A DNA stretch of 64,000 nt from an uncultured Gemmatimonadales bacterium (GCA_963707505.1 CAVPQB010000003.1:160001-224000); one strand, 5' to 3'; numbered from the stretch's first letter, positions 1 through 13,370 are shown. Notes: generated by a model not told the origin, from the sequence alone. Numbers and translations: made by a program.

Positions 1-386
1 AGTGCATGAGCACGAGCGTACATCCCGCGGATGCGCAAACGTCCGCGATGCGAGTATCCAGTCGAAGCGCGGAAACGTCGTTGACGACCGTCGCCCCCGC
101 TACAACGGCAGCGGCCGCGACTTCGAATTTTACCGTGTCCACCGCGACGCGCGTGGACGGCCAGCGTTTCACGATCTCGTCGATTACCGGTAGTACCCGT
201 GCGATCTCATCGGCGAACTCAACCGGCGTAGCGCCCGGCCGGGTCGACTCGCCCCCGACCTCGATCACGTCCGCTCCATCCTGGATCATCCGACCTGCAT
301 GATCGATCGCCTGATGGAATGGTAAAAAATTACCCCCGTCGCTAAAGCTGTCGGGGGTAACGTTGAGTATTCCGACTATAGTCGGC

Positions 387-394
<8 letters not shown>
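1..394 (-). CDS. folP: Dihydropteroate synthase, 5' part (runs off window start)
   Basis: Not in ORF track. Hand translation of the minus strand gives KPTIVGILNVTPDSFSDGG...DVIEVGGESTRPGA...VNDVSA...LVLMH. The most plausible start after an in-frame TAG is CTG at 394-392. Classic position after ftsH. Confidence 0.93.
324..360 (-). terminator. Intrinsic terminator-like hairpin just after ftsH stop, inside folP CDS
   Basis: Minus strand TTACCCCCG-13 nt-CGGGGGTAA followed by TTTTTT. Confidence 0.45.
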
Positions 395-2384
<1,990 letters not shown>

Positions 2385-2930
2385 CTATTCTAAACTCGCG
2401 ATGTAAGGCAGGTGTCTGAAATCTTCTGCATGGTCGAGGCCGTATCCGACCAGGAACTCATGCGGAGCATCGAAACCGATGAAACGGGCGTCGTAGCGTA
2501 GCTGCGTAGCGATCCGCTTGTGCAACAACGCGCAGATCGATAGCGATTTGGGCTGGCGGACCGCCAGCAGGTCCATCAGGACGCTCAAGGTCCGTCCGGA
2601 GTCAATGATGTCTTCCACCAGAAGGATATGCTTCCCTTCCAGAGCCGTCTCGGGGTCATACAACAGTCGTACGTTACCGCTCGAAACCATGGATTCGCCG
2701 TAGCTCGCAGCCACCAGAAAATCCACTTGAAGCGGCCGAACGATCTGGCGGACCAGGTCGCTCAGAAATATGAAACTGCCTTTCAAAAGCCCAAGCACGA
2801 GTAGATCGCCGTCGGAATATTCCGCTGTAATCTCCTCGCCCAACTCTTTTACCCTGGCAGCGATGGTCGGCTCATCGAACGCGATGCGCGAGACCTTTCT
2901 GCCCAGAAGCCGGGGATCCGGGTCAACCAT
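2385..2930 (-). CDS. hpt: Hypoxanthine phosphoribosyltransferase
   Basis: LLKGSFIFLSDL, PRPP motif VEDIIDSGRT, FLVGYGLD. Start MVDPD overlaps tilS stop. Confidence 0.95.
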   Translation of the reverse strand: MVDPDPRLLGRKVSRIAFDEPTIAARVKELGEEITAEYSDGDLLVLGLLKGSFIFLSDLVRQIVRPLQVDFLVAASYGESMVSSGNVRLLYDPETALEGKHILLVEDIIDSGRTLSVLMDLLAVRQPKSLSICALLHKRIATQLRYDARFIGFDAPHEFLVGYGLDHAEDFRHLPYIASLE

Positions 2931-3864
2931 TCGCCGCAGTCTGACGGAACGTGATCGTCCTGCGGTCCATGAGGACCCGGACGCCGCCGGAAAGCTGAAT
3001 CTGCTGGCCCGTCTCACCCTCTATAGTAAACGCTGCAAGCCTCTCGGTTCCGCGTCGATCGAGAACGATGCCGGCCCTGGCACACAGGGCAGGCCAGAGG
3101 AAACCAAGTGAAGCCGCAGGAAAAACTCGTAATTCACGTCTTTCGAACGAGTGACTTTCGGGGGAATCGCTCATCACATGAAAAGTAAGTGCAATGGCCT
3201 CCATTCGCGCCCGCCAGGCCGCAGCTTTTTCTGCGATCTCCAGAAGAGACGTCGAAAAACCGGGTGAGGCGAGTTCCATGGCTGGCAGGAGATCCAGGCG
3301 GACCCGATTGCGGAGATGCCGGCGGTCGGTGTTGGAGGGGTCGGTCACATAGGGGGTCCGATCCCCCTCGGCGTACTGCTCGATCTCGGCCCTGGTTGTC
3401 TCGATGAGCGGCCGTGCCACGGGGGAATCAGCAAGGAGACCGGCCAGCCCGCGGGGCCCGGCGCCGCGTAGCACCCGAATGAAAACAGTCTCGATCTGAT
3501 CGTCCAGAGTGTGCGCGGTGACGACGGTCGCATCCAGCCTCGCGGCCACATCATTCAGGAAATTCCACCGTGCGGCCCGCCATTCCGATTCGGAGCTCGC
3601 CACCTTCTCTGCCCGGCCGGATACGCATCCGATACCGAGATGCAGCGCCTGCTCGGCGACGAGCGCGACCGCCTCCCGCGCAGCCGGTCCGGTGCCATGA
3701 TCGAACGTCGCCACCGCCAGAGTATTGTGGTCAAGCGTCTCCGCGGCGGCGTCGAGCAGGATCATCGAGTCCATCCCGCCCGAGACCGCCAGCAGCCAGT
3801 TGCCAGGGCCGAGGGCCGCTACTCGCTGACGGATCCGCAACACGGTGTCGTGAATGGTACCCAT
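2923..3864 (-). CDS. tilS: tRNA(Ile)-lysidine synthase (short form)
   Basis: PP-loop SGGMDS, TAHTLDDQIET, DPSN...RNRVR; tilS-hpt-ftsH synteny. Confidence 0.93.
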   Translation of the reverse strand: MGTIHDTVLRIRQRVAALGPGNWLLAVSGGMDSMILLDAAAETLDHNTLAVATFDHGTGPAAREAVALVAEQALHLGIGCVSGRAEKVASSESEWRAARWNFLNDVAARLDATVVTAHTLDDQIETVFIRVLRGAGPRGLAGLLADSPVARPLIETTRAEIEQYAEGDRTPYVTDPSNTDRRHLRNRVRLDLLPAMELASPGFSTSLLEIAEKAAAWRARMEAIALTFHVMSDSPESHSFERRELRVFPAASLGFLWPALCARAGIVLDRRGTERLAAFTIEGETGQQIQLSGGVRVLMDRRTITFRQTAANG

Positions 3865-3928
3865 GGTGTTAAGTTACCGGCTCGCCCTCGTGCGGCGAAC
3901 ATATTCACCTTCACACGGTCGTCAATCG

Positions 3929-4141
3929 ATGCTGCAGGGACATTTGGGGGTTGAAACCAACGGACCTCTCGGACTCCTCTGGGTTTCTCTTGGCCTCATC
4001 GGCTTCTACATTGGACTGATCTGGCTCAACAGTCTGTTGGGGACCTTTCTCACGCCGCTCTTTCTCATTCCGGCGACGTGGCTCATGGACCACCTGAAGC
4101 GCCGCAAGGCAAAGCGTCAGGGGCATGAAGTAGCGGATTAG
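3929..4141 (+). CDS. Small hypothetical membrane protein (~70 aa)
   Basis: Hydrophobic core LGLLWVSLGLIGFYIGLIWLNSLLGTFLTPLFLIP followed by basic tail KRRKAKR; fills the gap before the TolC gene. Confidence 0.55.
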   Translation: MLQGHLGVETNGPLGLLWVSLGLIGFYIGLIWLNSLLGTFLTPLFLIPATWLMDHLKRRKAKRQGHEVAD

Positions 4142-4214
4142 CAACGCAATTTGCGATGGCGACATAGCTCGCAAATCGCGAAACGTTTCATGGGCCCGGC
4201 GCGTACTTTGGACA

Positions 4215-5663
4215 ATGCGCAATCGGGCTCTTTTTTTTATCGTAATTTTATCGGTGCGTCCGCTTTCTGCACAGCAAACGCACCAGCAGACCGACACCCT
4301 GTCCCTATCACTTAGCGAAGCGGTCACGCGCGCGGATCGTATCGGTGAGGAAGTGCGTGTTGCGCGCGCCAATCTCTCCATAACTCAGGCGCAGGCGACG
4401 ATCGCTCGCGCGCCGGGATTGCCGCAGCTCCGCGTAAATGGTTCGGAAAATCGCACTGTACAGAGCGCGCGCGGTCAGGCAGTCGGCCAGGTATTCAATC
4501 AACCGTACAGTTACGCGGCCACGCTCAACGCGTCCCAGATTCTGTTTCAGGGCGGCCGCGTCCTCAATGCGGTGCGCGCATCGCGCGCGGCGACCGGCGC
4601 CTCAGCGCAGGAGCTGGAGGAAACACGGTCGCTCACCGGCCTGCAAACGCAGACGGCATACGTGAACGCGCTGTTCACGCATCGCATGGTGCAGATTCAG
4701 CAACAGAGCTACGAGCTCGCCTCGGCGCAGTTGCAGCAGGCCGAGCAGTTCGAGAAGGCTGGCAGGATGTCGCGCTACGATGTGTTGCGAGCGCGCGTCG
4801 CACTCGCCAACATCGAGCCGCTGGTGTTGCAGGCGCGAGAGAACGCGCAGGTCGCAGCGCTCGAGCTCAAGCGACTCGCGAACATTCCAGCTTCTCGTCC
4901 GCTCGCGCTCACAACGTCGATCGACTCTGTCGTCATACGCGACGTACTCGCTACGGTTGATACGGCCATCGGTCCTGACAATCGGCCCGCGCTCGCATCC
5001 GCTACACTCAACGCACGCGCTCGCGAGCTCGGCGTGTCAGTCGCACGCGCGGCGCTGTTTCCGACCGTCACGTTCAACTTCAACAGCGGATACGGCGCCT
5101 ACCCGGTGAGCGGCGACATCTTTCCGCCGGGACGGGGAATCTTCAAGACCGTGTCGTGCGCGGCAGGCAGTGCGCCCGGCAAGGTGTGCACGGCGCAGAA
5201 CGGCGGATGGTTCAGTGACCAATCCTTTGGATTCACCGTATCGTTTCCGCTTTTCGACGGTCTGCTCAGCAAGGGGAACATCGACCTTGCAGGCGCGCAG
5301 GCGCGTGTCGCGAAGGCGCAGCTCGCACAGACGCGCGAACAGGTTGCGAACGACGTCGAGACGGCCAAGGCCGATCTGTCGCGCGCTCGCGGGCAGTACA
5401 CTGCGCAGCAGCAGAACGTCGCCGAGGCTGAAGAGGCGTACAAACTCGCGAGCCTGCGCTATTCGCGCGGGATGGCGACGCAGCTCGAAGTATCCGACGC
5501 ACAACTTGCACTGACGACGGCGCAGACCAATCAGGCGCGCTCGCTCTACGACGTATACATAGCGGCGGTAGCCCTTGCGCAGACGCAGGGCCGCCCGCTT
5601 CCACTTCCTTCTACTGACAATGCAACCACTGCAGCATCGAGCGATGGCCTTGCGGCTCGCTAA
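4215..5663 (+). CDS. TolC-family outer membrane efflux protein
   Basis: Signal peptide, LSLSEAV start, two OEP repeats (ALFPTV, PLFDG, RYSRG...LEVSDAQ); first gene of a tripartite operon. Confidence 0.92.
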   Translation: MRNRALFFIVILSVRPLSAQQTHQQTDTLSLSLSEAVTRADRIGEEVRVARANLSITQAQATIARAPGLPQLRVNGSENRTVQSARGQAVGQVFNQPYSYAATLNASQILFQGGRVLNAVRASRAATGASAQELEETRSLTGLQTQTAYVNALFTHRMVQIQQQSYELASAQLQQAEQFEKAGRMSRYDVLRARVALANIEPLVLQARENAQVAALELKRLANIPASRPLALTTSIDSVVIRDVLATVDTAIGPDNRPALASATLNARARELGVSVARAALFPTVTFNFNSGYGAYPVSGDIFPPGRGIFKTVSCAAGSAPGKVCTAQNGGWFSDQSFGFTVSFPLFDGLLSKGNIDLAGAQARVAKAQLAQTREQVANDVETAKADLSRARGQYTAQQQNVAEAEEAYKLASLRYSRGMATQLEVSDAQLALTTAQTNQARSLYDVYIAAVALAQTQGRPLPLPSTDNATTAASSDGLAAR

Positions 5664-6801
5664 GATCGCGCTCTCACTCGGCCTGACTGCGGCGACCATC
5701 GTCGTTGCGGGATGCGGCAACGATACGGCCGACGCGAAGGGCGTGCCTCCAACGGCGACCGGGTCCAAGGGTGGATCGAAGATCCGCAGCATTGCCGTCG
5801 CACCGTCGGATATCGCAACGGCGCAGCTGGGGTCACTCTCGGATGGTGTTCCGATAACCGGGCTGCTTCGTCCGCTCCAGAGCGTCGACATGCACGCGCG
5901 CATCGAGGGTGATCTCACCGGCGTTTACGTGCGCGAAGGACAGCACGTTCAACAAGGCCAGCTGCTCGCACAGTTCGAGGCCGTCGCGCAGGAGAGCGCC
6001 GCGGCGAGCGCACGCGCGGGGCAGTCAGCAGCAAAGGCCGACCTGTCGCAAGCCGAATGGAATTTCAAGCAGAGCGGCGATCTGTTCCATGCAGGCGCGA
6101 TCTCGGAAGCAGACTATCGCGTCTCGCAGCAGGCGGTTGACGCGGCGCGTGCGCGGCTCGCTGCTACCGATGCCGCGCTTCAGCAAGCGAACATTGCGGC
6201 GCGCGACACGAAAGTGGTCGCACCAATCAGTGGTGTCATAGACAAGAAGCTGGTCGACATCGGCGAACACATAACGAAGGGTGCGTCGATATTCACGCTC
6301 GTTAGGAGCCAGACGCTCGAGCTCGCCGCGAACGTGCCGGAGCGACGTGCTTCATCCATCAGGATAGGTCAGAAGGTTTCGTTCGCCGCGCAGGGCCTTT
6401 CGTTCACCGGGAAGGTCGCGCGCGTGAGTCCGACCATCGATCCGACTACGCGCTCGATCACCGTGTACGTCGATGTCGACAATCCGGACGGAGCATTGAA
6501 GGGCAACAGTCTCGCCACCGGTGATGTGATTGCAAGTACCGTCAATGGCGTGCTGCTCGTACCGACCAGCGCGCTGCACCAGACGGCAGACAGTGGCAAG
6601 ACCTACGTGTATCGCGTCAACACGGGTACTGTGGAGCAGGTATTCGTCAATCTCGGGATCGTGAACGACCAGGCAGCGCTGGCTCAGATCACTTCCGGAC
6701 TCAAGACGGGCGATCAGGTCGTGGTCGGGAATGTCGGTACGCTTGCACCGGGCACCCAGATCCAGGTCATCGGCGGTGATCGCGGCGCGCGGAGAAAATA
6801 G
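5644..6801 (+). CDS. RND efflux periplasmic adaptor (MFP), lipoprotein
   Basis: Lipobox VAGC, VREGQHVQQGQLL, APISGVI, ARVSPTIDPTTRS, LLVPTSAL, SGLKTGDQVV. Confidence 0.93.
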   Translation: MALRLAKIALSLGLTAATIVVAGCGNDTADAKGVPPTATGSKGGSKIRSIAVAPSDIATAQLGSLSDGVPITGLLRPLQSVDMHARIEGDLTGVYVREGQHVQQGQLLAQFEAVAQESAAASARAGQSAAKADLSQAEWNFKQSGDLFHAGAISEADYRVSQQAVDAARARLAATDAALQQANIAARDTKVVAPISGVIDKKLVDIGEHITKGASIFTLVRSQTLELAANVPERRASSIRIGQKVSFAAQGLSFTGKVARVSPTIDPTTRSITVYVDVDNPDGALKGNSLATGDVIASTVNGVLLVPTSALHQTADSGKTYVYRVNTGTVEQVFVNLGIVNDQAALAQITSGLKTGDQVVVGNVGTLAPGTQIQVIGGDRGARRK

Positions 6802-6803
6802 CG

Positions 6804-9800
6804 GTGTTCATCTCCGACGTATCAATCAAACACCCGGTATTCGCCACCATGATGATGGTGGCGCTCGTCGTGCTCGGCATCGTCTCGTATCAACGCCTTG
6901 CGATCGACGAGTACCCCGATATCACCTACCCGACCGTCATCGTTCAGACGACGTACGCCGGATCATCGCCTGAAGTGATGGAGCGCGACGTGTCGCGTCC
7001 GATCGAAGAGGCGCTCAATACGGTCCAGGGGATCTACGAGCTCACGTCGACATCGATTGACGGAACCTCGCTCGTACGCGTGCAGTTGAATCTCGGCGTA
7101 GATGTGCTCGCGGCGCAACAGGACGTGCAGGCGAAGATCGCGCGCATTCGTCGTTCGCTGCCGCCGAACATCGACGAGCCGGTAGTTCGGCACTTCGATC
7201 CGAACGACTCGCCGATCATGTCGATCGCCGTGCAGAGTTCGACGCGGCCGATTCGAGAGCTCACCGACCTCGCAACCGAATCAATCACGCAACGCCTCGA
7301 AGCGGTGCCCGGTGTCGCAGCAGTAAACCTTTCCGGCGGTGAGCAGCGGACGATTCGCATCCAGCTCGATCCCAACGCGATGCGGTCGTATGGGTTGACT
7401 CCGCCTGACGTGATGACTGCGCTGCAGCGCGAAAATCAGGAAGTACCAGCCGGCCGGATCGACAAGGGCTCCGTCGAAACACTGGTCCGCATACGTGGTC
7501 GCATCATCGACCCCAAGGCGTTCGGCGGAATCGTCGTCGCAGTGCGCGGCGGATCGCCAGTGCATCTGCGCGATCTTGGCACGGTAATCGACGGATCGGC
7601 CGACAAGCGCACGGCGGCAATGCTCAACCGCGCGCCGACGGTCGCACTGGACATTCAGAAGATCGCCGGCTCCAACACTGTGGAAGTTGCAGATTCGGTC
7701 CACGCCGCAATCGCCGATCTCGACAACGTGTTACCCGGCGACGTGCGGCTCACGGTGATTCGGGACGACTCGCAGCGCATCCGCGAGTCGTTGTCCGACG
7801 TTCAGCTGAACATCATACTCGGCGCGGTCCTCACGATCGCGATCGTGTACCTGTTTCTCAATTCGTGGCGCTCGACGATCATAACGGGGCTCACGCTCCC
7901 TGTGAGCGTCATTTCAGCGTTCTTCGTGATGTGGCTGTTCAACTTCACGGTGAACACGATGACGCTGCTCGCGTTGTCGCTCGCGATCGGATTGCTGATA
8001 GATGACGCGATAGTCGTGCGCGAAAACATCGTGCGTCACGTACAGATGGGTAAGGACCACGTCAAGGCATCGATGGAAGGCACGGACGAGATCGGCATGG
8101 CCGTGATCTCGACCACACTCGCCGTCATGGCGGTGTTCGTACCCGTTGCCTTCATGGGCGGAATCATAGGAAAGATCTTCTTCCAGTTTGGAGTCACCGT
8201 CGCATTCGCGGTGCTCGTTTCGCTATTCGTGTCGTTCACACTCGATCCGATGCTGTCGAGTGTCTGGCCTGACCCGGAGCTCGAGCACGAGCTGGGGCAT
8301 GCGGGAGAAGTGGATTACAGGAAGGTCCGTAATCCCATCCGCCGCGTCGCGCTGCGCTTCAACGCGTGGTTCGAGAAGGCCGCGGATCACTACCCTGCGT
8401 GGCTCGAGTGGGCGCTCAAGCATCGCGGCACCGTGATATTCGGCGCACTTGCGTCGGTTGCCGTCGCCGTGCTCATCACTGGCAAGCTTGGTTTCACATG
8501 GATGCCCGACACGAACTCGGACGAGTTCAGCGTCAACGTGCGCACCGCTCCTGGGTCGACGATCGAGTACACGACCGACAAGTCCGAGCAGGTTGCGGCG
8601 TTTCTGAGGAAGCAGCCGGAAACCGAGTTCACCTACACCACCATTGGCTCCGGATCCCGTGGCACGCCCAACGCCGGCTCGATCTACATCCGGCTCAAAC
8701 CGGCAGCGAAGCGCTCCGCTTCGGTTCAGGACATTCAGAACCGGCTTCGCGGCGAGCTCAAGAAGATTCCCGGAATCACACCGACCATTCAGAACGCGTC
8801 GTCGATATTCGGCGGACGCGGCCAACCGATCTCTGTAAACGTACAGGGGCCTGAGGAGTCGCGTCTCAAGATCGCCGCCAACCAGGTACTCGAAGCGATC
8901 AAGGATGTACCTGGCATCGCCGAGGCGAACTCGAGCGATGACGGTAACATCCCGCAGCTGGACGTGGATGTGGATCGCGAACGAGCGTGGGCCTCCGGTG
9001 TCGGGATCGCATCTGTCGCATCCACACTGCAGCCGCTGTTCACGGGACAGCGCGCGACGCAATGGGAGGACGCCAACGGTTATTCGCACGACGTCATCGT
9101 TGTCTATCCGGATTCACTGCGCCAGTCGGTAAGCAACGTCGCTACGATACCCGTGCCGAGCAGCAACATCGATCCAACAACGGGCCGCCCCGTAATCATT
9201 CCACTTTCGCAGGTCGCCGACATCACACTCGGCACCGGTCCTCAACAGATCAGCCGCCGGAATCTGGAGCGGCAGATCGGAATATCCGCGGGCGTGCTGC
9301 CTGGCTATAATGTCGGCGACGTCGCCGCGCAGGTTCAGGTCGCCATCGATTCGCTCGGTCTCCCGCCTGGTTATCACACGGTCTTCGGCGGCGACGTGAA
9401 GAACCTGAACGAGACCAAGGGATATGTCGGCAGTGCGCTGCTGCTCGCGGTGGTGTTCATCTATCTCATCATTGCGTCGCTCTTCGGCTCCTTCCTGCAA
9501 CCGCTGTCGATTCTGATGTCGCTGCCGCTCAGCTTCATCGGCGTCGCGCTGGCGCTGCTCGTGACCAAGGGGAATCTCAACATCATGAGCATGATCGGAA
9601 TCATCATGCTGATGGGTCTCGTCGTCAAAAACGGAATCCTGCTCGTGGATTTCACGATTCTGAATCGCGGCGAGGGTGCAAGTCGGCACGATGCGCTCCT
9701 CAACGCGGGCCGCACGCGCTTGCGCCCGATCATCATGACGTCGATGGCGATGATCTTCGGAATGTTGCCTCTCGCACTCGCCATCGGGCCCGGCGCCGAT

Positions 9801-10001
9801 CAGCGCGCTCCGCTGGCGCGTGCAGTGATCGGCGGCCTCGTTACGTCGACGTTGCTGACGCTATTCGTTGTCCCCGTCGTCTACACACTTATCGAGGATG
9901 CGACGGAATTCACCACGCGTAAAGCACCCGATAGAATTCGCGGTTTCGCAAGACGTTTTTCACGTAGTCGCGAGTCTCGGAAAACGGTATCCGCTCCGTG
10001 A
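6804..10001 (+). CDS. RND efflux permease (AcrB/MdtC-like)
   Basis: 1065 aa, GLLIDDAIVVRENI, VVKNGILL, RLRPIIMT, 12-TM pattern. Confidence 0.96.
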   Translation: MFISDVSIKHPVFATMMMVALVVLGIVSYQRLAIDEYPDITYPTVIVQTTYAGSSPEVMERDVSRPIEEALNTVQGIYELTSTSIDGTSLVRVQLNLGVDVLAAQQDVQAKIARIRRSLPPNIDEPVVRHFDPNDSPIMSIAVQSSTRPIRELTDLATESITQRLEAVPGVAAVNLSGGEQRTIRIQLDPNAMRSYGLTPPDVMTALQRENQEVPAGRIDKGSVETLVRIRGRIIDPKAFGGIVVAVRGGSPVHLRDLGTVIDGSADKRTAAMLNRAPTVALDIQKIAGSNTVEVADSVHAAIADLDNVLPGDVRLTVIRDDSQRIRESLSDVQLNIILGAVLTIAIVYLFLNSWRSTIITGLTLPVSVISAFFVMWLFNFTVNTMTLLALSLAIGLLIDDAIVVRENIVRHVQMGKDHVKASMEGTDEIGMAVISTTLAVMAVFVPVAFMGGIIGKIFFQFGVTVAFAVLVSLFVSFTLDPMLSSVWPDPELEHELGHAGEVDYRKVRNPIRRVALRFNAWFEKAADHYPAWLEWALKHRGTVIFGALASVAVAVLITGKLGFTWMPDTNSDEFSVNVRTAPGSTIEYTTDKSEQVAAFLRKQPETEFTYTTIGSGSRGTPNAGSIYIRLKPAAKRSASVQDIQNRLRGELKKIPGITPTIQNASSIFGGRGQPISVNVQGPEESRLKIAANQVLEAIKDVPGIAEANSSDDGNIPQLDVDVDRERAWASGVGIASVASTLQPLFTGQRATQWEDANGYSHDVIVVYPDSLRQSVSNVATIPVPSSNIDPTTGRPVIIPLSQVADITLGTGPQQISRRNLERQIGISAGVLPGYNVGDVAAQVQVAIDSLGLPPGYHTVFGGDVKNLNETKGYVGSALLLAVVFIYLIIASLFGSFLQPLSILMSLPLSFIGVALALLVTKGNLNIMSMIGIIMLMGLVVKNGILLVDFTILNRGEGASRHDALLNAGRTRLRPIIMTSMAMIFGMLPLALAIGPGADQRAPLARAVIGGLVTSTLLTLFVVPVVYTLIEDATEFTTRKAPDRIRGFARRFSRSRESRKTVSAP

Positions 10002-11778
10002 ATATCTCGGCGTCGTCGGCACCGCGCTTGGTCGACCATCGTGCAACGCGCGAGCCGCCCGCGTTGTAGGCGGCCAGCGATCTTGCAACGTTCGGCTGGC
10101 CTTTGAGCAGCGGTGCAAGATGCCGGATACCGATCTCGATGTTGATTCCGGGCTCGTAAAGCAGGGCCGGATCCCACGACGTGATGCCGGCGGACGGGGC
10201 GATGGACTTCCCCACCGCCGGCATCACCTGCATCAACCCGCGTGCACCGGCGGGTGATCTCGCGCCGGGATTGAAGTTCGACTCCTGCCGGATCAGACCC
10301 GCCACGAGTGCGGGGTCCAGTCCCGCTCTACGCGACTCCGCGACAATCGTGTCGCGTGCAGCCACCGGATAAATCAAGCGCCAGACGTCTGGTGTCGATC
10401 CTACTCTCGAGAGTGCGTCGCGGCCAAGCGCGATCGCGCGGGCAGCCTGGTCTGTTCCGGAAAATGCTGCGGCAGTCGCCAGCAGTCGCGTGCTGTCTGT
10501 CTTCGCGTCGCGGTAAAGTCTGTCATTTTCCATCTGTGCTTCGGACGACATGCCGAATCTGCGCAACAACGAGACCCGGAGCAGTGCACTGTCGACCGAC
10601 GCGACGCGCGGAAAGCCTGCGGCTGTCTGCGACGAGTGCATGCTCTGCACTCCGAGTCTTGCCGCGGCCAGCGTTGCGTAGTAGGAAGTCGAGTCACGCT
10701 TGATCACTGCGCGCCATGCATCGCGCGCGGCTGTGCTATCACCCGCCTGATCGCGGGCGCGGCCGAGCCAGTATCCGGCAGCGAGCGCGTCACCGGATGA
10801 GGAGCCGGAGAGCGCCGCAAACTCCTTGACCGCTGATGAGGTCTGCCCGAGTATGAGCGCGACCATGGCCGCGTTGAATTCCGCCGGCGCAGCAAATCGG
10901 GTTGATGGAAAGCGCTTTATCAGTCCGAGCAGAGTGCGGCGACTGGCTGCATCGTCGCCGTCATCGGTTTGGAGATCGGCGGTGAGCGCGAGTGCCGCCG
11001 CCGCGCTTGTATCCGACGCATCGGACAGGGACCGAAGCGCCGAGCGGGCGCCGGAGTCGTCACCCGCGGCGAGGAGAGAGCGCGCGCGTTGATACCGCGC
11101 TGCATTCGCAAGTGACGCAGGTGAATTTACCGTTGCATACACCTCGGCCGCACGCTTGTCGGCGTTGGTTCTTGAAAGCGCCGTACCGAACGAGAACCTG
11201 TCGGTCTGGCTGAGTGAAGCGTCGTTGCTTGCCTCGAAGCCCGATCGCGCGCGTGGCCACAGACCGACGCGGGCCGCGGCGCGCGCGATCGCAAGTTGCT
11301 CGTCGGGCCTGGCGTCGGTAAACAACTTGTCGAATAACGACGTAGCCTCGCGGACCGCGTCGCCACTCGATGACGAGATGAAGGCGACGAGCGCAGTGCG
11401 GACGGAATCTCTCGCTGCGGCTCCGGTTGCGGCGCGAATCCGAAAGACGGTAACCGGAGCTGGCAATGCCTCATATGCCTTGAGAGCGCTGAGCGTGTCA
11501 CCGAAGTGCTCGAGTGCAGCGGCTTCTACCCATGGAATTCGCTCTCGCGCCAATGGAAGCCGTACACGTGTATAGAGCTCCGCGCGCGCCGGCGAATCGG
11601 CTGTCGAAGCGGCGGCGCGCAGATACAGCCAGCTCGCTATCTCCGGCTGCGCACGCGCGCGCGCAAGCCATACCGTGGCGGCCGTATCTGCGGCGGCGTC
11701 CTGTCCGTGCGCGACGCCGCTGTCCGCATGCTCACATGCGACCGCCAGCAGCAGCGCGGCGATCGAGGCAAGCCTCAT
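9910..11778 (-). CDS. Slt-type lytic transglycosylase lipoprotein with TPR-like helical N-region
   Basis: Lipobox AVAC; SLT motifs IRQESNF, GARGLMQ, AAYNAG, ETRDYV; ATGA overlap with zwf stop. Confidence 0.92.
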   Translation of the reverse strand: MRLASIAALLLAVACEHADSGVAHGQDAAADTAATVWLARARAQPEIASWLYLRAAASTADSPARAELYTRVRLPLARERIPWVEAAALEHFGDTLSALKAYEALPAPVTVFRIRAATGAAARDSVRTALVAFISSSSGDAVREATSLFDKLFTDARPDEQLAIARAAARVGLWPRARSGFEASNDASLSQTDRFSFGTALSRTNADKRAAEVYATVNSPASLANAARYQRARSLLAAGDDSGARSALRSLSDASDTSAAAALALTADLQTDDGDDAASRRTLLGLIKRFPSTRFAAPAEFNAAMVALILGQTSSAVKEFAALSGSSSGDALAAGYWLGRARDQAGDSTAARDAWRAVIKRDSTSYYATLAAARLGVQSMHSSQTAAGFPRVASVDSALLRVSLLRRFGMSSEAQMENDRLYRDAKTDSTRLLATAAAFSGTDQAARAIALGRDALSRVGSTPDVWRLIYPVAARDTIVAESRRAGLDPALVAGLIRQESNFNPGARSPAGARGLMQVMPAVGKSIAPSAGITSWDPALLYEPGINIEIGIRHLAPLLKGQPNVARSLAAYNAGGSRVARWSTKRGADDAEIFTERIPFSETRDYVKNVLRNREFYRVLYAW

Positions 11779-13370
11779 CGCCAAACGTGTCCGTCCCGCG
11801 CGACCAGCTCGTCTGCCTCTTTGGGACCCCAGGTGCCTGCCTCATACGTTGGAATCTGCCGATCCGCGCGACGTTGCCAGTAATCAAGCAACGGATCGAT
11901 CACCGACCACTGCATATCGACTTCATCGCTGCGTGTGAACAATGTCTGATCCCCGACGAGGCAATCCAGTAGTAGCGTTTCGTAAGCCGGCGGAATGTCC
12001 TCGCCGAACGCTTCGGCGTACGAAAAGTCCATGTCGACACGGCTTATCTCGAGACCGGGCTCGAGCTCGTAAGCGGCGCCGGGAGTTTTCACTTCGAAGC
12101 GCAGCGCGATGCCGTCGTTGGGTTGAATGCGAATCACCAGTACGTTGGGGCGAACCCCGCCGGTATCTCCGCCAAACATGAGATCGGGCGGCGTACGGAA
12201 CTGGAACGCGATCTCGGTGCAGCGCTTGGCGAGCCGCTTCCCCGACCGCAGATAGAACGGCACGCCCTGCCAGCGCCAGTTGTCGATGAATACGCGCAGC
12301 GCAGCATACGTCGGTGTGACGGAGCGTGGATCGACGCTCGGCTCCTGCCGGTATCCAATCACGTTCTTCCCGTCGATCGAGCCGGCGGTATACTGCGCTC
12401 GCACGGCCGCTGGATTCCCTTCCGCGAGAAGAGGACGAATCGAGCGCAGGACTTTCACCTTCTCGTCGCGGACCGCGTCACCGGCGGCGGCGATCGGCGG
12501 CTCCATCGCGGCCAACGTCAGCAGTTGAAGAAGATGGTTCTGGAACATATCGCGAACGACGCCAGCCTCCTCGTAGTATTTGCCACGTCCTTCCATTCCA
12601 ACCGTCTCGGCGGCCGTGACCTGAATCTGCGAGATGTACTGGCGATTCCAGAGTGGCTCGAAGAGCGCATTGGCAAAGCGAAAGACGAGGATGTTCTGCA
12701 CGCTTTCCTTGCCCAGGTAGTGATCGATGCGATACACCTGATGCTCGCCGAACCGCGCCAGCACGAGCTCGTTGAGCTCGCGCGCCGTCGAGAGACTGTG
12801 TCCGAATGGCTTCTCGATCACGACGCGAGTCCAGGGGCGATCGTCAGCCGACGACGAATGCGGCATCAACCCACTATCGGAAAGATGTGTCAGGGCGGAA
12901 CGAAAGACGCTCGGCGGCACCGCGAGATAGAAGAGCACGTTGTTGTTCTTCAACTGGAGCGCATCGTGCACGTCCGCGAGCTCCTTCTTGATCATCTCAT
13001 AGGTGGACGCGTCATCTATGTCACCCTTCGTGACAAAAGAGCGGGACTCCAGCCAGTCGAACACGGCTTCATCGAATCCGTGAATCTCGTCGGAGCCGGA
13101 GACGGCGTCGCGCATCTCCTTGCGAAATACGTCGTCTGTCGTGTCATCGCGCACGAGACCGAGCAGCGCAAAATCGTCCGACAGCAACTTCTGATGCGCG
13201 AGCTCGTAGATGGCGGGAAACAGCTTGCGTTTGGCGAGATCGCCGCCAGCGCCGAAGATGACCATCGTGCACGGATCTGCACGCTGGGCGTGACCACCGG
13301 TTACCTTCGCAGCGGCAGCCCGTACCGCACTTGGCGATACGTCGAGCTTTGGTGCGACGGACGCCGTCAT
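11775..13370 (-). CDS. zwf: Glucose-6-phosphate 1-dehydrogenase
   Basis: [35 protein letters not shown]. Confidence 0.97.
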   Translation of the reverse strand: MTASVAPKLDVSPSAVRAAAAKVTGGHAQRADPCTMVIFGAGGDLAKRKLFPAIYELAHQKLLSDDFALLGLVRDDTTDDVFRKEMRDAVSGSDEIHGFDEAVFDWLESRSFVTKGDIDDASTYEMIKKELADVHDALQLKNNNVLFYLAVPPSVFRSALTHLSDSGLMPHSSSADDRPWTRVVIEKPFGHSLSTARELNELVLARFGEHQVYRIDHYLGKESVQNILVFRFANALFEPLWNRQYISQIQVTAAETVGMEGRGKYYEEAGVVRDMFQNHLLQLLTLAAMEPPIAAAGDAVRDEKVKVLRSIRPLLAEGNPAAVRAQYTAGSIDGKNVIGYRQEPSVDPRSVTPTYAALRVFIDNWRWQGVPFYLRSGKRLAKRCTEIAFQFRTPPDLMFGGDTGGVRPNVLVIRIQPNDGIALRFEVKTPGAAYELEPGLEISRVDMDFSYAEAFGEDIPPAYETLLLDCLVGDQTLFTRSDEVDMQWSVIDPLLDYWQRRADRQIPTYEAGTWGPKEADELVARDGHVWR

